Virus record (IMG/VR): IMGVR_UViG_3300043774_000656
Span: 59,305-123,304 of that record
DNA from: a virus
Direction: 5' to 3' (one strand)
DNA length: 64,000 bases
In this document: positions 1 to 10,061 of the stretch, one piece after another
Layout of the letters: each line of letters starts with the position of its first letter
How positions within the stretch are numbered: the stretch's first letter is position 1
Notes under the pieces: model-generated
Told to the model about the DNA's origin: nothing
Databases searched by the model: none
The model's input: the letters and a program-made list of their open reading frames with translations, nothing else
Position numbers and translations under genes: made by a program

Positions 1-695
1 TTGATACGTCCTCTACCATAGCCACGTTTAAATGGATTATCCCAATCTTTAAGTTCACCACCTCCTACTAGATAAGCTTCCTGGCAAACATCATGACAAA
101 GCTCAAGCAGGTCATCACTTAAAATCTTAACTGCTGGTAAAAATGGATTGACTCCTGATCTATAAAGGATCTCAGCTCTTAGATAGTTGCCGATACCGTT
201 AAAGTATTTTTGATCCATCATTATTTCATAGATGGGCTTTTCGAAAAGCTTTTTATTTGAAGATGACTTGACGTGTTCTACGAAGCCTTCATACTCTGAA
301 AGCGGGCAAGGGCCTCTCTTATTACTCCAACTTTCAGTCCAGTCCCATTTTGCAAATCGACGGACGTCTACCATCATTAGACTATATCCATCTTCTCTAT
401 AAAATTTAAGATGTGCATGTTTAACCATTTCACCGGGACTGGCAAGATACCAGTTGCCGCTCATGCCCATTGCAAACTTAATGCTACGTTCCTCACCTGC
501 CATTGATATTAAGGTAAGCATTAATTCCTTACCTCGGCTTTGGGCCTCAATTGTAAAAGGCATTCCTCCAAATGGATCTTCCATTTGAGTTTTAACTTTA
601 GTCTCAGGTGACTTTCTGATGTTAGTGTATATCTGACCTTCTGAAACTGAGTTAATGTACTCAGACATGATTTTGACTTCTGCTAATTCAGGCAT
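1..695 (-). CDS. Fpg/Nei-family DNA glycosylase/AP lyase (3' end runs off the window)
   Basis: Not in the ORF track. The reverse strand from ATG at 695 reads MPELAEVKIMSEYIN (the Fpg N-terminal PE motif), then MGMSGNW, DVRRFA and the H2TH motif MDQKYFNGIGNYLRAEILY. Confidence 0.9.
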   Translation of the reverse strand, partial: MPELAEVKIMSEYINSVSEGQIYTNIRKSPETKVKTQMEDPFGGMPFTIEAQSRGKELMLTLISMAGEERSIKFAMGMSGNWYLASPGEMVKHAHLKFYREDGYSLMMVDVRRFAKWDWTESWSNKRGPCPLSEYEGFVEHVKSSSNKKLFEKPIYEIMMDQKYFNGIGNYLRAEILYRSGVNPFLPAVKILSDDLLELCHDVCQEAYLVGGGELKDWDNPFKRGYGRGRI

Positions 696-888
696 CTGCT
701 TCTTTGCTAGTGAAAATGTAGGTGTTATCAAAATCACCATAAGGTTCACCTAGCGTCACATTAAAATGTTTTCTTAGTTCGGTCAATTCAGACTGAAGCA
801 AGTTTACACCTAATCTATAAGACGCTTGTGTCTTAAGTCTTTCGTTTACGTGATTGATGATAACTACCAACTTTTCTGGGTTAAACAT
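688..888 (-). CDS. hypothetical protein
   Basis: 66-aa ORF coupled to both the ligase and the Fpg gene. Confidence 0.6.
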   Translation of the reverse strand: MFNPEKLVVIINHVNERLKTQASYRLGVNLLQSELTELRKHFNVTLGEPYGDFDNTYIFTSKEADA

Positions 889-2213
889 TATTTGACATTA
901 TTTATATTGTCGGCTTCTGACTTATCATTCCTGATCTCAATAAACCTAGGTAAGAAAAGGCTATGGTTGCCATGCTTATCCGTAATGCTCAAGTTATATT
1001 GAATGGCTACGATTTTGCCGATCAGCTCATTCTTATTTATCAAACCATTGAACATTTCAAGATCAGCATCAGTAAAGCCAGAACCAACGTCTACTCTCAA
1101 TTTGCCAGTAGAGTCAGATACACAGAGACTGCCAACATAACCTGTACGTCGACCTTCACCTGGGATCCAGCCTGTAACAATTAAGTCACAGTCATTAACT
1201 TCCTTAAGCTTGATCCAGTTTCTGCTACGTTTACATTCATACACTGCATCAGTTTTGCAGATAACACCTTCACCGCCGTTCTTAACAATTTCTTTATACT
1301 GATCCATCATCTCATTGACGCTATTGAAAGTCCAACGCTCTGATAGACAAATATGCTTACAGTTTTCTGTCAGATGTAACCACAGCAAATCAAGAACATT
1401 TCTACGATCAGTATACTTTATTTTACCTTTACCTGCAGTAAGTACCTTTTCTTCCTCAAAGTCAAATATGTTGAACATGAACTCTTTAGAAATTTCTCCA
1501 TCTACTTTACCCTTGAGCATTCTGTTCAGTTTACCTGATACTGACTTGCGATCATGGTCAGTTAGCTCACCATCAAAGAACCAGCCTTCAAAATCAAAGT
1601 TAGGATTTGAGGCTACCATCTTATGAAGCTCGATATTCACATACTTCATATGTTCAGTAGGTACCTGATTGAAGTTTCTGGTAAAATACTGGAAGTCACC
1701 GTCTTTATAGATTGCAATAATACGAACTCCGTCATATTTATGCTCACAGTAGATGGTGTCCCATTTTTCAATAAGCTCTACGTCATCTTCTGAAAGCATC
1801 AAGCTTGGGTTAGGTATCAGCTCACGTCCTACAGCTTTATTGATAGACTTAGCCTGTATACCTATGTTGAGGTTCTTAGTAAGTACATCATAAAGTGTTT
1901 GTTGCAATTCAGATGGGAAACTAGATATAACCCAGTGTGCCTCTTCGCGCAATTCTTTATTTGCAGACTTAGCGTCTTTAAGTTTTTGTACTAGATCTTT
2001 AACCGCCTTAAATGTATCTGAAGTCCCAAATACAATTCCTACTTCCATGTCTAGCTTATTAAGCTTGGTAGTAATAAATGGGTTGTATGCAACCTCAAGT
2101 AGAAACTCCAATTCAGGAGTTAGATTCTGCTTAAGTATACGCTGCATCTGGTCCTGTGAACCTTTACCAGTACAGGCTGCAATTTTTTGCAATGTCTCTA
2201 ATGCTTTAATCAT
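888..2213 (-). CDS. ATP-dependent DNA ligase
   Basis: Motif I EHKYDGVR, FDGEL, EGVICK, WIKLK; OB-fold VGSGF and SLFLPRF. Confidence 0.95.
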   Translation of the reverse strand: MIKALETLQKIAACTGKGSQDQMQRILKQNLTPELEFLLEVAYNPFITTKLNKLDMEVGIVFGTSDTFKAVKDLVQKLKDAKSANKELREEAHWVISSFPSELQQTLYDVLTKNLNIGIQAKSINKAVGRELIPNPSLMLSEDDVELIEKWDTIYCEHKYDGVRIIAIYKDGDFQYFTRNFNQVPTEHMKYVNIELHKMVASNPNFDFEGWFFDGELTDHDRKSVSGKLNRMLKGKVDGEISKEFMFNIFDFEEEKVLTAGKGKIKYTDRRNVLDLLWLHLTENCKHICLSERWTFNSVNEMMDQYKEIVKNGGEGVICKTDAVYECKRSRNWIKLKEVNDCDLIVTGWIPGEGRRTGYVGSLCVSDSTGKLRVDVGSGFTDADLEMFNGLINKNELIGKIVAIQYNLSITDKHGNHSLFLPRFIEIRNDKSEADNINNVK

Positions 2214-2214
2214 A

Positions 2215-2514
2215 TTATGCGTGTGTATGTTCTAATTGAAAAGTTAACTCTAATCCCCATGGGAGTTTATAAGCAGTGAAACCGCCTGTGCCTACGTTTG
2301 TAACGTCTGCTTTATCATAGATAGCCCTTGTCAAAAGATCCCTTGCCGTAAAGCGTAAATCGTCCATATCTGGTACTTCCATTCTTCCGTCACCCTTATA
2401 CCATTTCCAGTCCTTTTCCTGCATGTGGTTTAACACCGCTTCGAAGTTAAAGCTTTTCATAATGTCGTAAGCTTTTTTCTCAAGTTCAGAATCTGTGAAT
2501 TTTTCGTGTGCCAT
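2215..2514 (-). CDS. hypothetical phage protein
   Basis: 99-aa ORF directly behind a copy of the conserved promoter (2529-2547). Confidence 0.75.
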   Translation of the reverse strand: MAHEKFTDSELEKKAYDIMKSFNFEAVLNHMQEKDWKWYKGDGRMEVPDMDDLRFTARDLLTRAIYDKADVTNVGTGGFTAYKLPWGLELTFQLEHTHA

Positions 2515-2584
2515 GTTGATTATGTTTATTGTTATGGTGTAAATATAACTAGACTAGGTTCAATCTGAAAGTTATTTGCAGATT

Positions 2585-3154
2585 TTACTTTTTCCAGTTA
2601 TTGAAAGCCCATGAGACATCTTCTGAAACATGAGCTTTAGGTTGAGATGGTTCGTACTTACTATAAGGATTGTAGACAGGCTTGCTGGTCTGTTCAGGCT
2701 TTAAGCTTGCAGCCATTGATTTCAGTATACTGAATAGTCTGTGCGACTGGCCTATACTGATAATACTGTCTCTAACGTTTTTATAAATGAAAGCACTTGC
2801 TGATTCATAACCTTCGTTTTCCAGCAAGTCAATTACTTTAGCACCGACTTCATTGAATACGTCTTCAGAAGGATTAAGGACTGGAGCAACTTTGCAAATA
2901 CCAATACCGCTAAGCTTCTGTTTATCGGATTTGCCGGACATCATTCCTCGCATTACACCAAAGCCACTACGTCTTGAGGCTTTATTGATAAGCTCTGCTG
3001 TCTGCTTATCTACTGGTTGAACTGTGTTGCCGGTTTTGTGATATACGATATCTACACAACCATAAGACTCTACTGTACTACAAGTTACGCAAACTTTATA
3101 GCCAAGTTCTGCCCTTTTTACAGGCATGTCGTTTTTACATTTCGCACATTTCAT
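2585..3154 (-). CDS. C4 zinc-finger protein (N-terminal CxxC..CxxC)
   Basis: CAKC...CVTC at the N-terminus; promoter copy at 3154-3166. Confidence 0.7.
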   Translation of the reverse strand: MKCAKCKNDMPVKRAELGYKVCVTCSTVESYGCVDIVYHKTGNTVQPVDKQTAELINKASRRSGFGVMRGMMSGKSDKQKLSGIGICKVAPVLNPSEDVFNEVGAKVIDLLENEGYESASAFIYKNVRDSIISIGQSHRLFSILKSMAASLKPEQTSKPVYNPYSKYEPSQPKAHVSEDVSWAFNNWKK

Positions 3155-3196
3155 AGTGTAAATATAACAAGCATCTTTTGCCTGTCAAAGAAATCT

Positions 3197-3826
3197 TCAG
3201 AAAAGTGAGTTGCTGTTATTTTTAGATATAACATAGTTGGAAATAAATGTAGTCCTGTGATGAACAGTAGGCCCATTTTCCAATAGGGCTTCACGATGAT
3301 CTGCAGTGCCATAACCTTTATTGCTTTCCCATTTATAAACAGGAAACTGTTCAGCAAGTCTGGTCATATAGCCATCTCTTTCGACTTTAGCCAAAATAGA
3401 AGCTGCAGCAATTGAATAGTAGTTAGCATCACCTTTAACTACACAGGTATGCGGTATACTTCTGTAACCGTTAAACTTATCACCATCAACTATAATATGC
3501 TCAGGTGTTTGACCAAGACCGTCAAGAGCTTTATGCATAGTTTTAAAGGTGGCCTGAAGTATGTTGAAAGTATCTATTTCATGAACAGAACCATAGGCTA
3601 CAGAATATGCTATGGCGTTCTTCTTAATTATTTCCACTGCCTCTAACCTTTGCTTCTCTGAAAGCTTTTTAGAGTCTTTAACCAGAGGATGGCTAAAATC
3701 TTTAGGTAGGATAACAGCTGCGGCAACTACAGGTCCAGCAAAGCAACCTCTACCTACTTCATCAACGCCTGCTTCTATACAGTCCTGTAAAAATGGCTTA
3801 AGTTTAGTCAATGTTTTTTGTGTCAT
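3197..3826 (-). CDS. rnhB: ribonuclease HII
   Basis: GVDEVGRGCFAGPV, DSKKLS, VDG, KGDA..SIAAASILAKV, KGYGT. Confidence 0.95.
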   Translation of the reverse strand: MTQKTLTKLKPFLQDCIEAGVDEVGRGCFAGPVVAAAVILPKDFSHPLVKDSKKLSEKQRLEAVEIIKKNAIAYSVAYGSVHEIDTFNILQATFKTMHKALDGLGQTPEHIIVDGDKFNGYRSIPHTCVVKGDANYYSIAAASILAKVERDGYMTRLAEQFPVYKWESNKGYGTADHREALLENGPTVHHRTTFISNYVISKNNSNSLF

Positions 3827-5219
3827 ACATCATAAAATAAAGTTCATGCTTAGGTCGGGTAATAGCAACGTAATGTACATTCATAGACTCTTGGTCCTCA
3901 ACATCACCTGGGTCAAATGAAACACTCTTAAGTTCCTTTTCATCTAGTTCAAGACCATTATGTTGTATGATGTCAGGTGAAATTGAATTGACTACAACAC
4001 AGGTTGGAAACTCTCGACCTTTGCTCTTGTGAATGGTAGTAATGAAAGTTTTGCTCTCACTGTTCTCGTCTATAAACTGTATCAGCTCACTACCTTTACC
4101 AAAATCTGGCAAGATTCTTTTAAGCTTCCTGTTTAACTGAGGTGTCACACCTTCCTTTTTTCTAATAACATCTAGTTCATCTTTTGTAAAAACGTTCTGA
4201 TACTTCATAGGTATCTTTTTAAGCAGGAACTTTTCTTCAAGACTTCTGATAACACTATTTGTTCTGGCCAATATCACAACCTCTTTCTTCTTCATTAACT
4301 TAAGAAGTTCATTTTCATCTATAAGATTCATGTGTACTTTACCTGGCTTATCAGAATGTGCCACTGCTTCAAGCGAACTGTAAGAGTTAGAATGCTCTAC
4401 AATATTATAATCTGATCTGAAGTTTTTAGACAGACTGTACTCAACTGTAGTCTTATCTTGCTTAAGTAGCTTTTCAATCATATCACAATTAGAACCAGAG
4501 AAAGCGTATATGCTTTGGTTACGATCACCGATAAGATGGTAGATTTTTGCTTTAAGCTTTAGTAGGATCTTAAGCTGAAGTGCTGAAGTGTCCTGATACT
4601 CATCGACGAACACATAATCATATCGCTTATGCATCTCATCATCCCAAGTTTTACTATCAGTAAGACGTAGTGTTTCAACCAGCATGTCAGTAAAGTCTCT
4701 ACTGCCTGTCTGCTTCAGAAACCTAGTGTATTCAATAAAGAAATCTGGTAGCCTAGACTTTACGTTCTCCTGTTGAAGCATCTTATACTTAGAAATTTGT
4801 GAGCTGCAGTATTCGGGCTCTCTTTCTAGCTTTTCAACTCTGCGCTTAAACGCAATCTTCTCATCAATCCTAGCCTTATTACCAGGTGAACAATTCTTTT
4901 TATACCAGTTTATGAAATGGTGGAAGTCTGCGGTCTTCTTAAACTTTCTACATTTAGCCAGGGTTGAAAGACAAAATGAATGTATCGTCGTGATATTAAC
5001 CCTAGGGTTTTTTATACGATTCCTCAATTCATTTACTGCGTCATTAGTAAAGCTAAAAAAGATTATCCGTTCTGGTTTAACGCCTTGTTCTAAAAGCCAA
5101 ACCAGTCTACCTGCAGCAGACGCTGTTTTACCTGAACCTGCAGTTGCTGTGAGTATCACAGACTCTGGTCCATTGTGTGTAATAAACTTAAATTGTTCCT
5201 CTGTAAATTTTGAAGCCAT
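3804..5219 (-). CDS. UvrD/Rep-like SF1 helicase (compact)
   Basis: ATAGSGKT, TIHSF, VDEYQD, GDRNQSIY, NFRS, TIHKSKGREF, YVAITR. Confidence 0.92.
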   Translation of the reverse strand: MASKFTEEQFKFITHNGPESVILTATAGSGKTASAAGRLVWLLEQGVKPERIIFFSFTNDAVNELRNRIKNPRVNITTIHSFCLSTLAKCRKFKKTADFHHFINWYKKNCSPGNKARIDEKIAFKRRVEKLEREPEYCSSQISKYKMLQQENVKSRLPDFFIEYTRFLKQTGSRDFTDMLVETLRLTDSKTWDDEMHKRYDYVFVDEYQDTSALQLKILLKLKAKIYHLIGDRNQSIYAFSGSNCDMIEKLLKQDKTTVEYSLSKNFRSDYNIVEHSNSYSSLEAVAHSDKPGKVHMNLIDENELLKLMKKKEVVILARTNSVIRSLEEKFLLKKIPMKYQNVFTKDELDVIRKKEGVTPQLNRKLKRILPDFGKGSELIQFIDENSESKTFITTIHKSKGREFPTCVVVNSISPDIIQHNGLELDEKELKSVSFDPGDVEDQESMNVHYVAITRPKHELYFMMYDTKNID

Positions 5220-5265
5220 TTGATATCATTCAGTTATAATTATACTGAAACAGATATCAAAGTTT

Positions 5266-5964
5266 TTACAGTTTACTGTTTTCAGATTTCCACTTCTCGT
5301 ATCTGTCAGTGATCTCAATAAGTATCTTGTCACGCATGATATCTTCTTTCGTGAAAACAAAATCACCAATACCAGTAATGCCGTCAAGCATCTTTACGAA
5401 ACTAGGTAAAGCAACCTTATTCTTTTCAATATCATATTGGCTTACGTCACCTGATACAACAACTTTACTACCTTTACCCATACGTGATATGAAAAGCATA
5501 AGTTGTCTGAAGTCAGCGTTCTGTGCCTCATCAAGTATCATAATACAATCATGGAATGTACGACCTCTCATATAGGCAAGCGGCTCATACTTTATAAGAT
5601 CTATAGACAATAACCAGTTAGCTGTGTCATTGCCAACGATCTGTGATAAACAATCCATGTAACTTTCCATGAATGGCTTAATCTTTTCGTCTACGGTACC
5701 TGGTAAAAAGCCAAGTTTTTCACCTGACTCCTGAATAGGTTTAGTAAGAATGATCTGGCTTATTTTACCTTCAGCAAGTAATTGCAGTGCAGCATATACT
5801 GTAGTAAAAGTTTTAGATGTACCTGCTGGCCCATGGCAGAATGTTACTTTGTTTCTTAAGATGGCATCTTTGTACTCAGACTGCTTATCTTTAAGTGTAA
5901 CGTGAGCTAAGTGAGCTAATGTAACCTCTGGTTGCTTAGTTCTTCTTGATGTTTTGCTTCCCAA
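5266..5964 (-). CDS. phoH: PhoH-family ATPase
   Basis: GPAGTSKT, GEKLGFLPG, LAYMRGRTF, ILDEAQN, GDVSQYD. Confidence 0.95.
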   Translation of the reverse strand: MGSKTSRRTKQPEVTLAHLAHVTLKDKQSEYKDAILRNKVTFCHGPAGTSKTFTTVYAALQLLAEGKISQIILTKPIQESGEKLGFLPGTVDEKIKPFMESYMDCLSQIVGNDTANWLLSIDLIKYEPLAYMRGRTFHDCIMILDEAQNADFRQLMLFISRMGKGSKVVVSGDVSQYDIEKNKVALPSFVKMLDGITGIGDFVFTKEDIMRDKILIEITDRYEKWKSENSKL

Positions 5965-6208
5965 ATTCTTGAGCTTTTTGTTTGATTAAAACCAGTTCAT
6001 GACACATTTCATATTCTTCATACTTCTCAAAGTATTCTATCACTTTATCAATAGCACGTAATCTGATTTTCATATTGTATGGAATTTCAATAACCTCATC
6101 CATGTCTTCATAGATAATGAAGATATCGTTGATATCGGATTTCAACATACAGTTATAACATTTCTTGATAAGCTTATCCAACTCATCATCTTTAACTGGC
6201 TTTTCCAT
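5936..6208 (-). CDS. small protein with UvrB/C-like (EEYExC) coiled-coil motif
   Basis: YFEKYEEYEMCHEL; resembles 6772-7020. Confidence 0.6.
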   Translation of the reverse strand: MEKPVKDDELDKLIKKCYNCMLKSDINDIFIIYEDMDEVIEIPYNMKIRLRAIDKVIEYFEKYEEYEMCHELVLIKQKAQEFGKQNIKKN

Positions 6209-6226
6209 ACCATTGGTTATTAGTAA

Positions 6227-6463
6227 TTAGACCTTTTCGTTTTTATCCCATTTAGAAAGTATGTCTTTCCAAAGGTCCTTAAGATCTTCAGCCTGTTCTT
6301 TAATCGGCGGCATTTCCGTTTTATGCTCTGTCTTGTTATTAGTTATTCTAATCAGAGCAAATGATTTAACAACATTAGCAACATTTACTCCTGCTACAAA
6401 TATAAGCAAGATAGTTCCTAAGAAATTATACCAAGTACTTAAAATAAATTGAAGTGTTTCCAT
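6227..6463 (-). CDS. small membrane protein
   Basis: N-terminal hydrophobic helix. Confidence 0.6.
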   Translation of the reverse strand: METLQFILSTWYNFLGTILLIFVAGVNVANVVKSFALIRITNNKTEHKTEMPPIKEQAEDLKDLWKDILSKWDKNEKV

Positions 6464-6464
6464 A

Positions 6465-6791
6465 TTATTTCTTTTTAGCCTTTTCAGCCTTTTCAGCTTC
6501 CTGCTTCTTCTTCAAAGCTTCGGCTTTCATAAAAATTTTATAATCAAGTTGAGCCAGATTTGAAACTATCAAAGACTTTCTATACTTTAGCGTTTCAATC
6601 GCGGCTTTATCTGCGTCACCTTTCTGTAAAAGCTCTTGTGCTTTTGCAGCTGCGGCATTTGCTTTATCCATATTCGCCCTCATCTTTTCCTTTAAAGCAT
6701 CAATCTTTTGATTGCGAATAGCATCGTCAGTTAAGCCGTCTCCTGCTCCTTCATTTATAAATATATCGTATTTACTTATTAACTGTTTCAA
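6465..6791 (-). CDS. Lys/Ala-rich protein with capsid-targeting-like leader
   Basis: MKQLISKYDIFINE-G leader, helical body. Confidence 0.65.
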   Translation of the reverse strand: MKQLISKYDIFINEGAGDGLTDDAIRNQKIDALKEKMRANMDKANAAAAKAQELLQKGDADKAAIETLKYRKSLIVSNLAQLDYKIFMKAEALKKKQEAEKAEKAKKK

Positions 6792-7020
6792 TTTTTAATA
6801 TATCTTTTTTAACCTCGATCAGATAAGCGCATTTTTCATATTCTTCTTTACCTTCAAAGAAGTTTAACATATTATCGATCGTCTTAATCTTTATTCTATA
6901 ATCAGTCGGCGCATCTATAGCCTCCTGTCTAAAATTAAGTAAAAGATCATAGCCTGTGTTGAAGAAACGTTCTTTACTAACCTCCTTCAAAGCAGTAATA
7001 AATTCATTTACGTCATCCAT
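6772..7020 (-). CDS. small protein with UvrB/C-like (EEYEKCA) motif
   Basis: FFEGKEEYEKCAYL; GATATATA motif just upstream (7025-7032). Confidence 0.6.
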   Translation of the reverse strand: MDDVNEFITALKEVSKERFFNTGYDLLLNFRQEAIDAPTDYRIKIKTIDNMLNFFEGKEEYEKCAYLIEVKKDILKIETVNK

Positions 7021-7036
7021 ATAGTATATATCAACT

Positions 7037-7720
7037 TTAAAGCTTTATCAAAAAATGAAGTATCTTCTTAATAACGTATTCATAACCTGGGCTTTTCTCA
7101 AAATGCGGACTGACGGCTACAACATGGCCTTCACCATATATGGTATGTACTGCGGCAGGTGTATCAATTACTTGACCTGCTGTGCCCTTTTCAGAGTAAA
7201 TATCTTCAGTAAACGTCATCAGCACATTCTCTTCTACAGATAAGCTTTCAATAAATCGTTGCCACACCGGGCCATTATGGTAATAGATACCTGGTAGTAC
7301 GTCTTCTTTTATCTTTAGAAGTTTCTTACCCTTATCTGTCATCTTAAACGACATGTTTGTCTCACCTCTATGTGCGTTCTCTTTATCAACTAATTCGTAG
7401 TTAATTAAACCAAGTGACCACGTATAACCTGAAGATAGAGCATAAGCCCCAGCGCATACACCAAGTACTTTACCCCCATTTTTTACATAATTTATTAAGG
7501 CAGCTCGACCTACCCATTCCAGTGTATTACATATTTTACTACCACTTCCGCCTGGCAATATAATGCAATCGTATTGCTTAAGTATATCATGTGTGAAGTC
7601 GCTTTCTTTCAGCACAGATAAGTCTCCGATTAAACCAGACTTATAGTGTTTAAGCCATACGTTAATTGTATTAGATGTTACGCCATCGCTGATATAAAGT
7701 CCTATCCTTTTATTTCTCAT
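7037..7720 (-). CDS. class I glutamine amidotransferase-like (BPL-N type) protein
   Basis: ILPGGSG, GVCAGAY nucleophile elbow, YHNGP, SPHFE. Confidence 0.8.
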   Translation of the reverse strand: MRNKRIGLYISDGVTSNTINVWLKHYKSGLIGDLSVLKESDFTHDILKQYDCIILPGGSGSKICNTLEWVGRAALINYVKNGGKVLGVCAGAYALSSGYTWSLGLINYELVDKENAHRGETNMSFKMTDKGKKLLKIKEDVLPGIYYHNGPVWQRFIESLSVEENVLMTFTEDIYSEKGTAGQVIDTPAAVHTIYGEGHVVAVSPHFEKSPGYEYVIKKILHFLIKL

Positions 7721-8525
7721 AAGTCTTTAATTGTTCTATAAGATTTTTCTCTTCGCTAGAAATTTGTCTAGGAAAAACAGGTCTTATCTTAACCATTAGA
7801 TTACCTTTCTTGTCACTGTCATAGAAAGGCATACCGCAACCAGGTATTGCTATAGTGCCTTCAGTCATTGGTGATATAGTATGCATCAGTGAACCCTCAG
7901 GTGCAGGTATTTCAACATGACCACCTGCCATGATCGTATAAATATGAACATTGAGATCTATGAACAGGTCAGCACCTCTTCTAATAAAGCGCTCATCCAT
8001 CAGCACAGTAGGTATGATAATCAGATCTCCTTTATTCAGTGCAGAATTATAGGGATGCGGATAACCTAAACCTCTTATTCTTAACTTCTGACCTGTTTCT
8101 ACACCTTTCTTAATGTTTATCTTATATGACTTGCCATTTAACTGGACATCTTTGCTAACTCCTGTATAAGCCTCTTGCATAGTCAGAGTCATCTGTATGA
8201 TAATATCAGGACCCTTTTTAACACCTTGACTTCCATATATTTCGTCAAATGCCTGTGACCAGCCCTGTGAAAACATAGTGTCTTTTATGAAATCATAGTT
8301 ATCGGCGTATTGCATGCGCTGACCAGAATGGTCATACTTAGCCCTCTTACCCTCATCACCTAAAATATCATATGCTTCTGATATCTGTTTGAATTTTTCT
8401 TCAGCAGCTGTATCACCAGGGTTCTTATCAGGATGGTATTTTATAGCCAAAGATCTATAGGCTTTCTTAATATCATCTTGACTGGAACCCTTCTCGACAC
8501 CCAGTATTTCATAAAAATTTTTCAT
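7710..8525 (-). CDS. DnaJ/CbpA-type co-chaperone (no zinc finger)
   Basis: J-domain with HPDKN, plus a DnaJ C-terminal domain. Confidence 0.93.
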   Translation of the reverse strand: MKNFYEILGVEKGSSQDDIKKAYRSLAIKYHPDKNPGDTAAEEKFKQISEAYDILGDEGKRAKYDHSGQRMQYADNYDFIKDTMFSQGWSQAFDEIYGSQGVKKGPDIIIQMTLTMQEAYTGVSKDVQLNGKSYKINIKKGVETGQKLRIRGLGYPHPYNSALNKGDLIIIPTVLMDERFIRRGADLFIDLNVHIYTIMAGGHVEIPAPEGSLMHTISPMTEGTIAIPGCGMPFYDSDKKGNLMVKIRPVFPRQISSEEKNLIEQLKTYEK

Positions 8526-8533
8526 GTAATGGT

Positions 8534-8725
8534 TTAGAGATCCAGCTTGCTTTCGTTAAGCTGCTTCGTTTTCAATGCTCTCTCCTTTCTGTTTTCTAAG
8601 AGCATCCTTTCGGTTAATAGATTCTGGGCTTCAATAGCTTCTGAGAGCTTATTTAAAGATTTAATAAGTGAGGGTAAATCATTGTCATAATACTTTTTAC
8701 CCATTATAGTTTTGTGAAATTCCAT
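8534..8725 (-). CDS. hypothetical protein
   Basis: 63-aa ORF in the co-directional run. Confidence 0.6.
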   Translation of the reverse strand: MEFHKTIMGKKYYDNDLPSLIKSLNKLSEAIEAQNLLTERMLLENRKERALKTKQLNESKLDL

Positions 8726-8745
8726 ATCCTTTATTGTTTATATGG

Positions 8746-8973
8746 TTACTGGAGCAAACGGTTTACGTATGAGCCTGGATTAGCTAAAGGTGGTTGAGTA
8801 TCGGATGACGATAGGATATCGGCATTAGAACCCTTTATTCTTCTTTTCAATCTGCGTTTCGGTGTCATCGGAAAGATGTTATCATTCTTGCTAACATTTC
8901 CTACACCTTCAGTACCTGTATTAAGTATACCTAAACCCTCATTTACAAATTGTGAAAACGATAAAAGTTTCAT
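8746..8973 (-). CDS. small protein with capsid-targeting-like leader
   Basis: MKLLSFSQFVNE-G. Confidence 0.65.
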   Translation of the reverse strand: MKLLSFSQFVNEGLGILNTGTEGVGNVSKNDNIFPMTPKRRLKRRIKGSNADILSSSDTQPPLANPGSYVNRLLQ

Positions 8974-9197
8974 GGGATGATTACTGCTTTTTCATAAGGT
9001 ATTGTGCCGCCTTTTACCCTAAAGCTTTTCTTTACACCACCGATATTTCCGCCGCAATTGCAACTGCCAGTGGTAAAAACACCATATTGATCATATATTT
9101 CACCAACCCTGAACATAACTCCCCTAGGCGTTTTATGATTCTTAATAATCTTTATTCTACCTGAAGGTTTTCTAGTTACCGTATTGATACCGTTCAT
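8970..9197 (-). CDS. hypothetical basic protein
   Basis: ATGA/TAATG coupling to neighbours; CNCGG. Confidence 0.55.
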   Translation of the reverse strand: MNGINTVTRKPSGRIKIIKNHKTPRGVMFRVGEIYDQYGVFTTGSCNCGGNIGGVKKSFRVKGGTIPYEKAVIIP

Positions 9198-9478
9198 TAG
9201 TCCTTTTTGCTTTCTGCCTTCTTTTCAAGGTTCTTTAATTGGATATCTGCAGCAATAGAATCTGTACCTGCTTCGGCCTTTTTATGAATAAGCTTTGCTT
9301 TGGTTACCTCGTCCTGTTTAACACCATCCTTATTCTCTACTTTGTCCAAGGCTTCTTTAGCTTTAGCTTCAGACTGCTTAGCAGTCTTTAATTTATCAGC
9401 CATGTCTTTTTGCTTCTTGCGCTCTTCAGCTGCATCAGAAGCTTCAAATAAAAATTGACCAAAGTTTTTATAGTTCAT
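9197..9478 (-). CDS. charged helical protein with capsid-targeting-like leader
   Basis: Start re-assigned to ATG 9478: MNYKNFGQFLFE-A. Confidence 0.65.
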   Translation of the reverse strand: MNYKNFGQFLFEASDAAEERKKQKDMADKLKTAKQSEAKAKEALDKVENKDGVKQDEVTKAKLIHKKAEAGTDSIAADIQLKNLEKKAESKKD

Positions 9479-9704
9479 CTTTCTTAAGTTTTTTACGAGA
9501 GTAGAAATAAAGCCCAAAGAATAATCCCGACAGGCAGTAAAAAATAGCGTCCGTAATCCAGTATGAGCCTGTCAGGTCCATAACCATTTTGAATGCTGCA
9601 TCGAATCCAAAAGGGTTGAAAAATGTTGCAAAGATTAAGTAGAGCGTTGGTCTGTCTATCTTCTTTAGTGCAACTGTCGCCTTCGTCCTGTTCTTTAAGT
9701 TCAC
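9468..9704 (-). CDS. small two-helix membrane protein
   Basis: Two hydrophobic segments (FFNPFGFDA); start uncertain. Confidence 0.55.
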   Translation of the reverse strand: MNLKNRTKATVALKKIDRPTLYLIFATFFNPFGFDAAFKMVMDLTGSYWITDAIFYCLSGLFFGLYFYSRKKLKKDEL

Positions 9705-9735
9705 AATTTACTGTGCTGCTTTCCATGTTTTTATT

Positions 9736-10023
9736 TTATTTGTCGCCACTTAACTTACGTCTGGTTTCCATGTTTCTTTTTACCAAAGCGGTTTCACCAT
9801 TTGCAAAGTCCTGATAAGGGAGCGACTTGTCCTCTACTGAATGTGGGGTTGGATATAAATAATCAACCTTCTTTGTGGCAGACTGTCCAATCTTTTTATC
9901 CCAATACTCTTTAAACTGGAGAACACTACCTCTAAAATATCTGATATCTTCTAGGTTAGGGTCCTGTTCAGCACTGGGTTGTACAGCCTTCTCAAATACA
10001 GCATATGACTCTATGAATTTCAT
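9736..10023 (-). CDS. hypothetical protein with leader variant MKFIESYAVFE
   Basis: ORF behind AATATATA (10028-10035). Confidence 0.6.
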   Translation of the reverse strand: MKFIESYAVFEKAVQPSAEQDPNLEDIRYFRGSVLQFKEYWDKKIGQSATKKVDYLYPTPHSVEDKSLPYQDFANGETALVKRNMETRRKLSGDK

Positions 10024-10032
10024 ATGGTATAT

Positions 10033-10059
10033 ATTAGGGCCACCACAGATGGCCCTAAT
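10033..10059 (-). terminator. hairpin/terminator
   Basis: ATTAGGGCCA-N7-TGGCCCTAAT just after the stop of 10062-10934. Confidence 0.6.
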
Positions 10060-10061
10060 TG

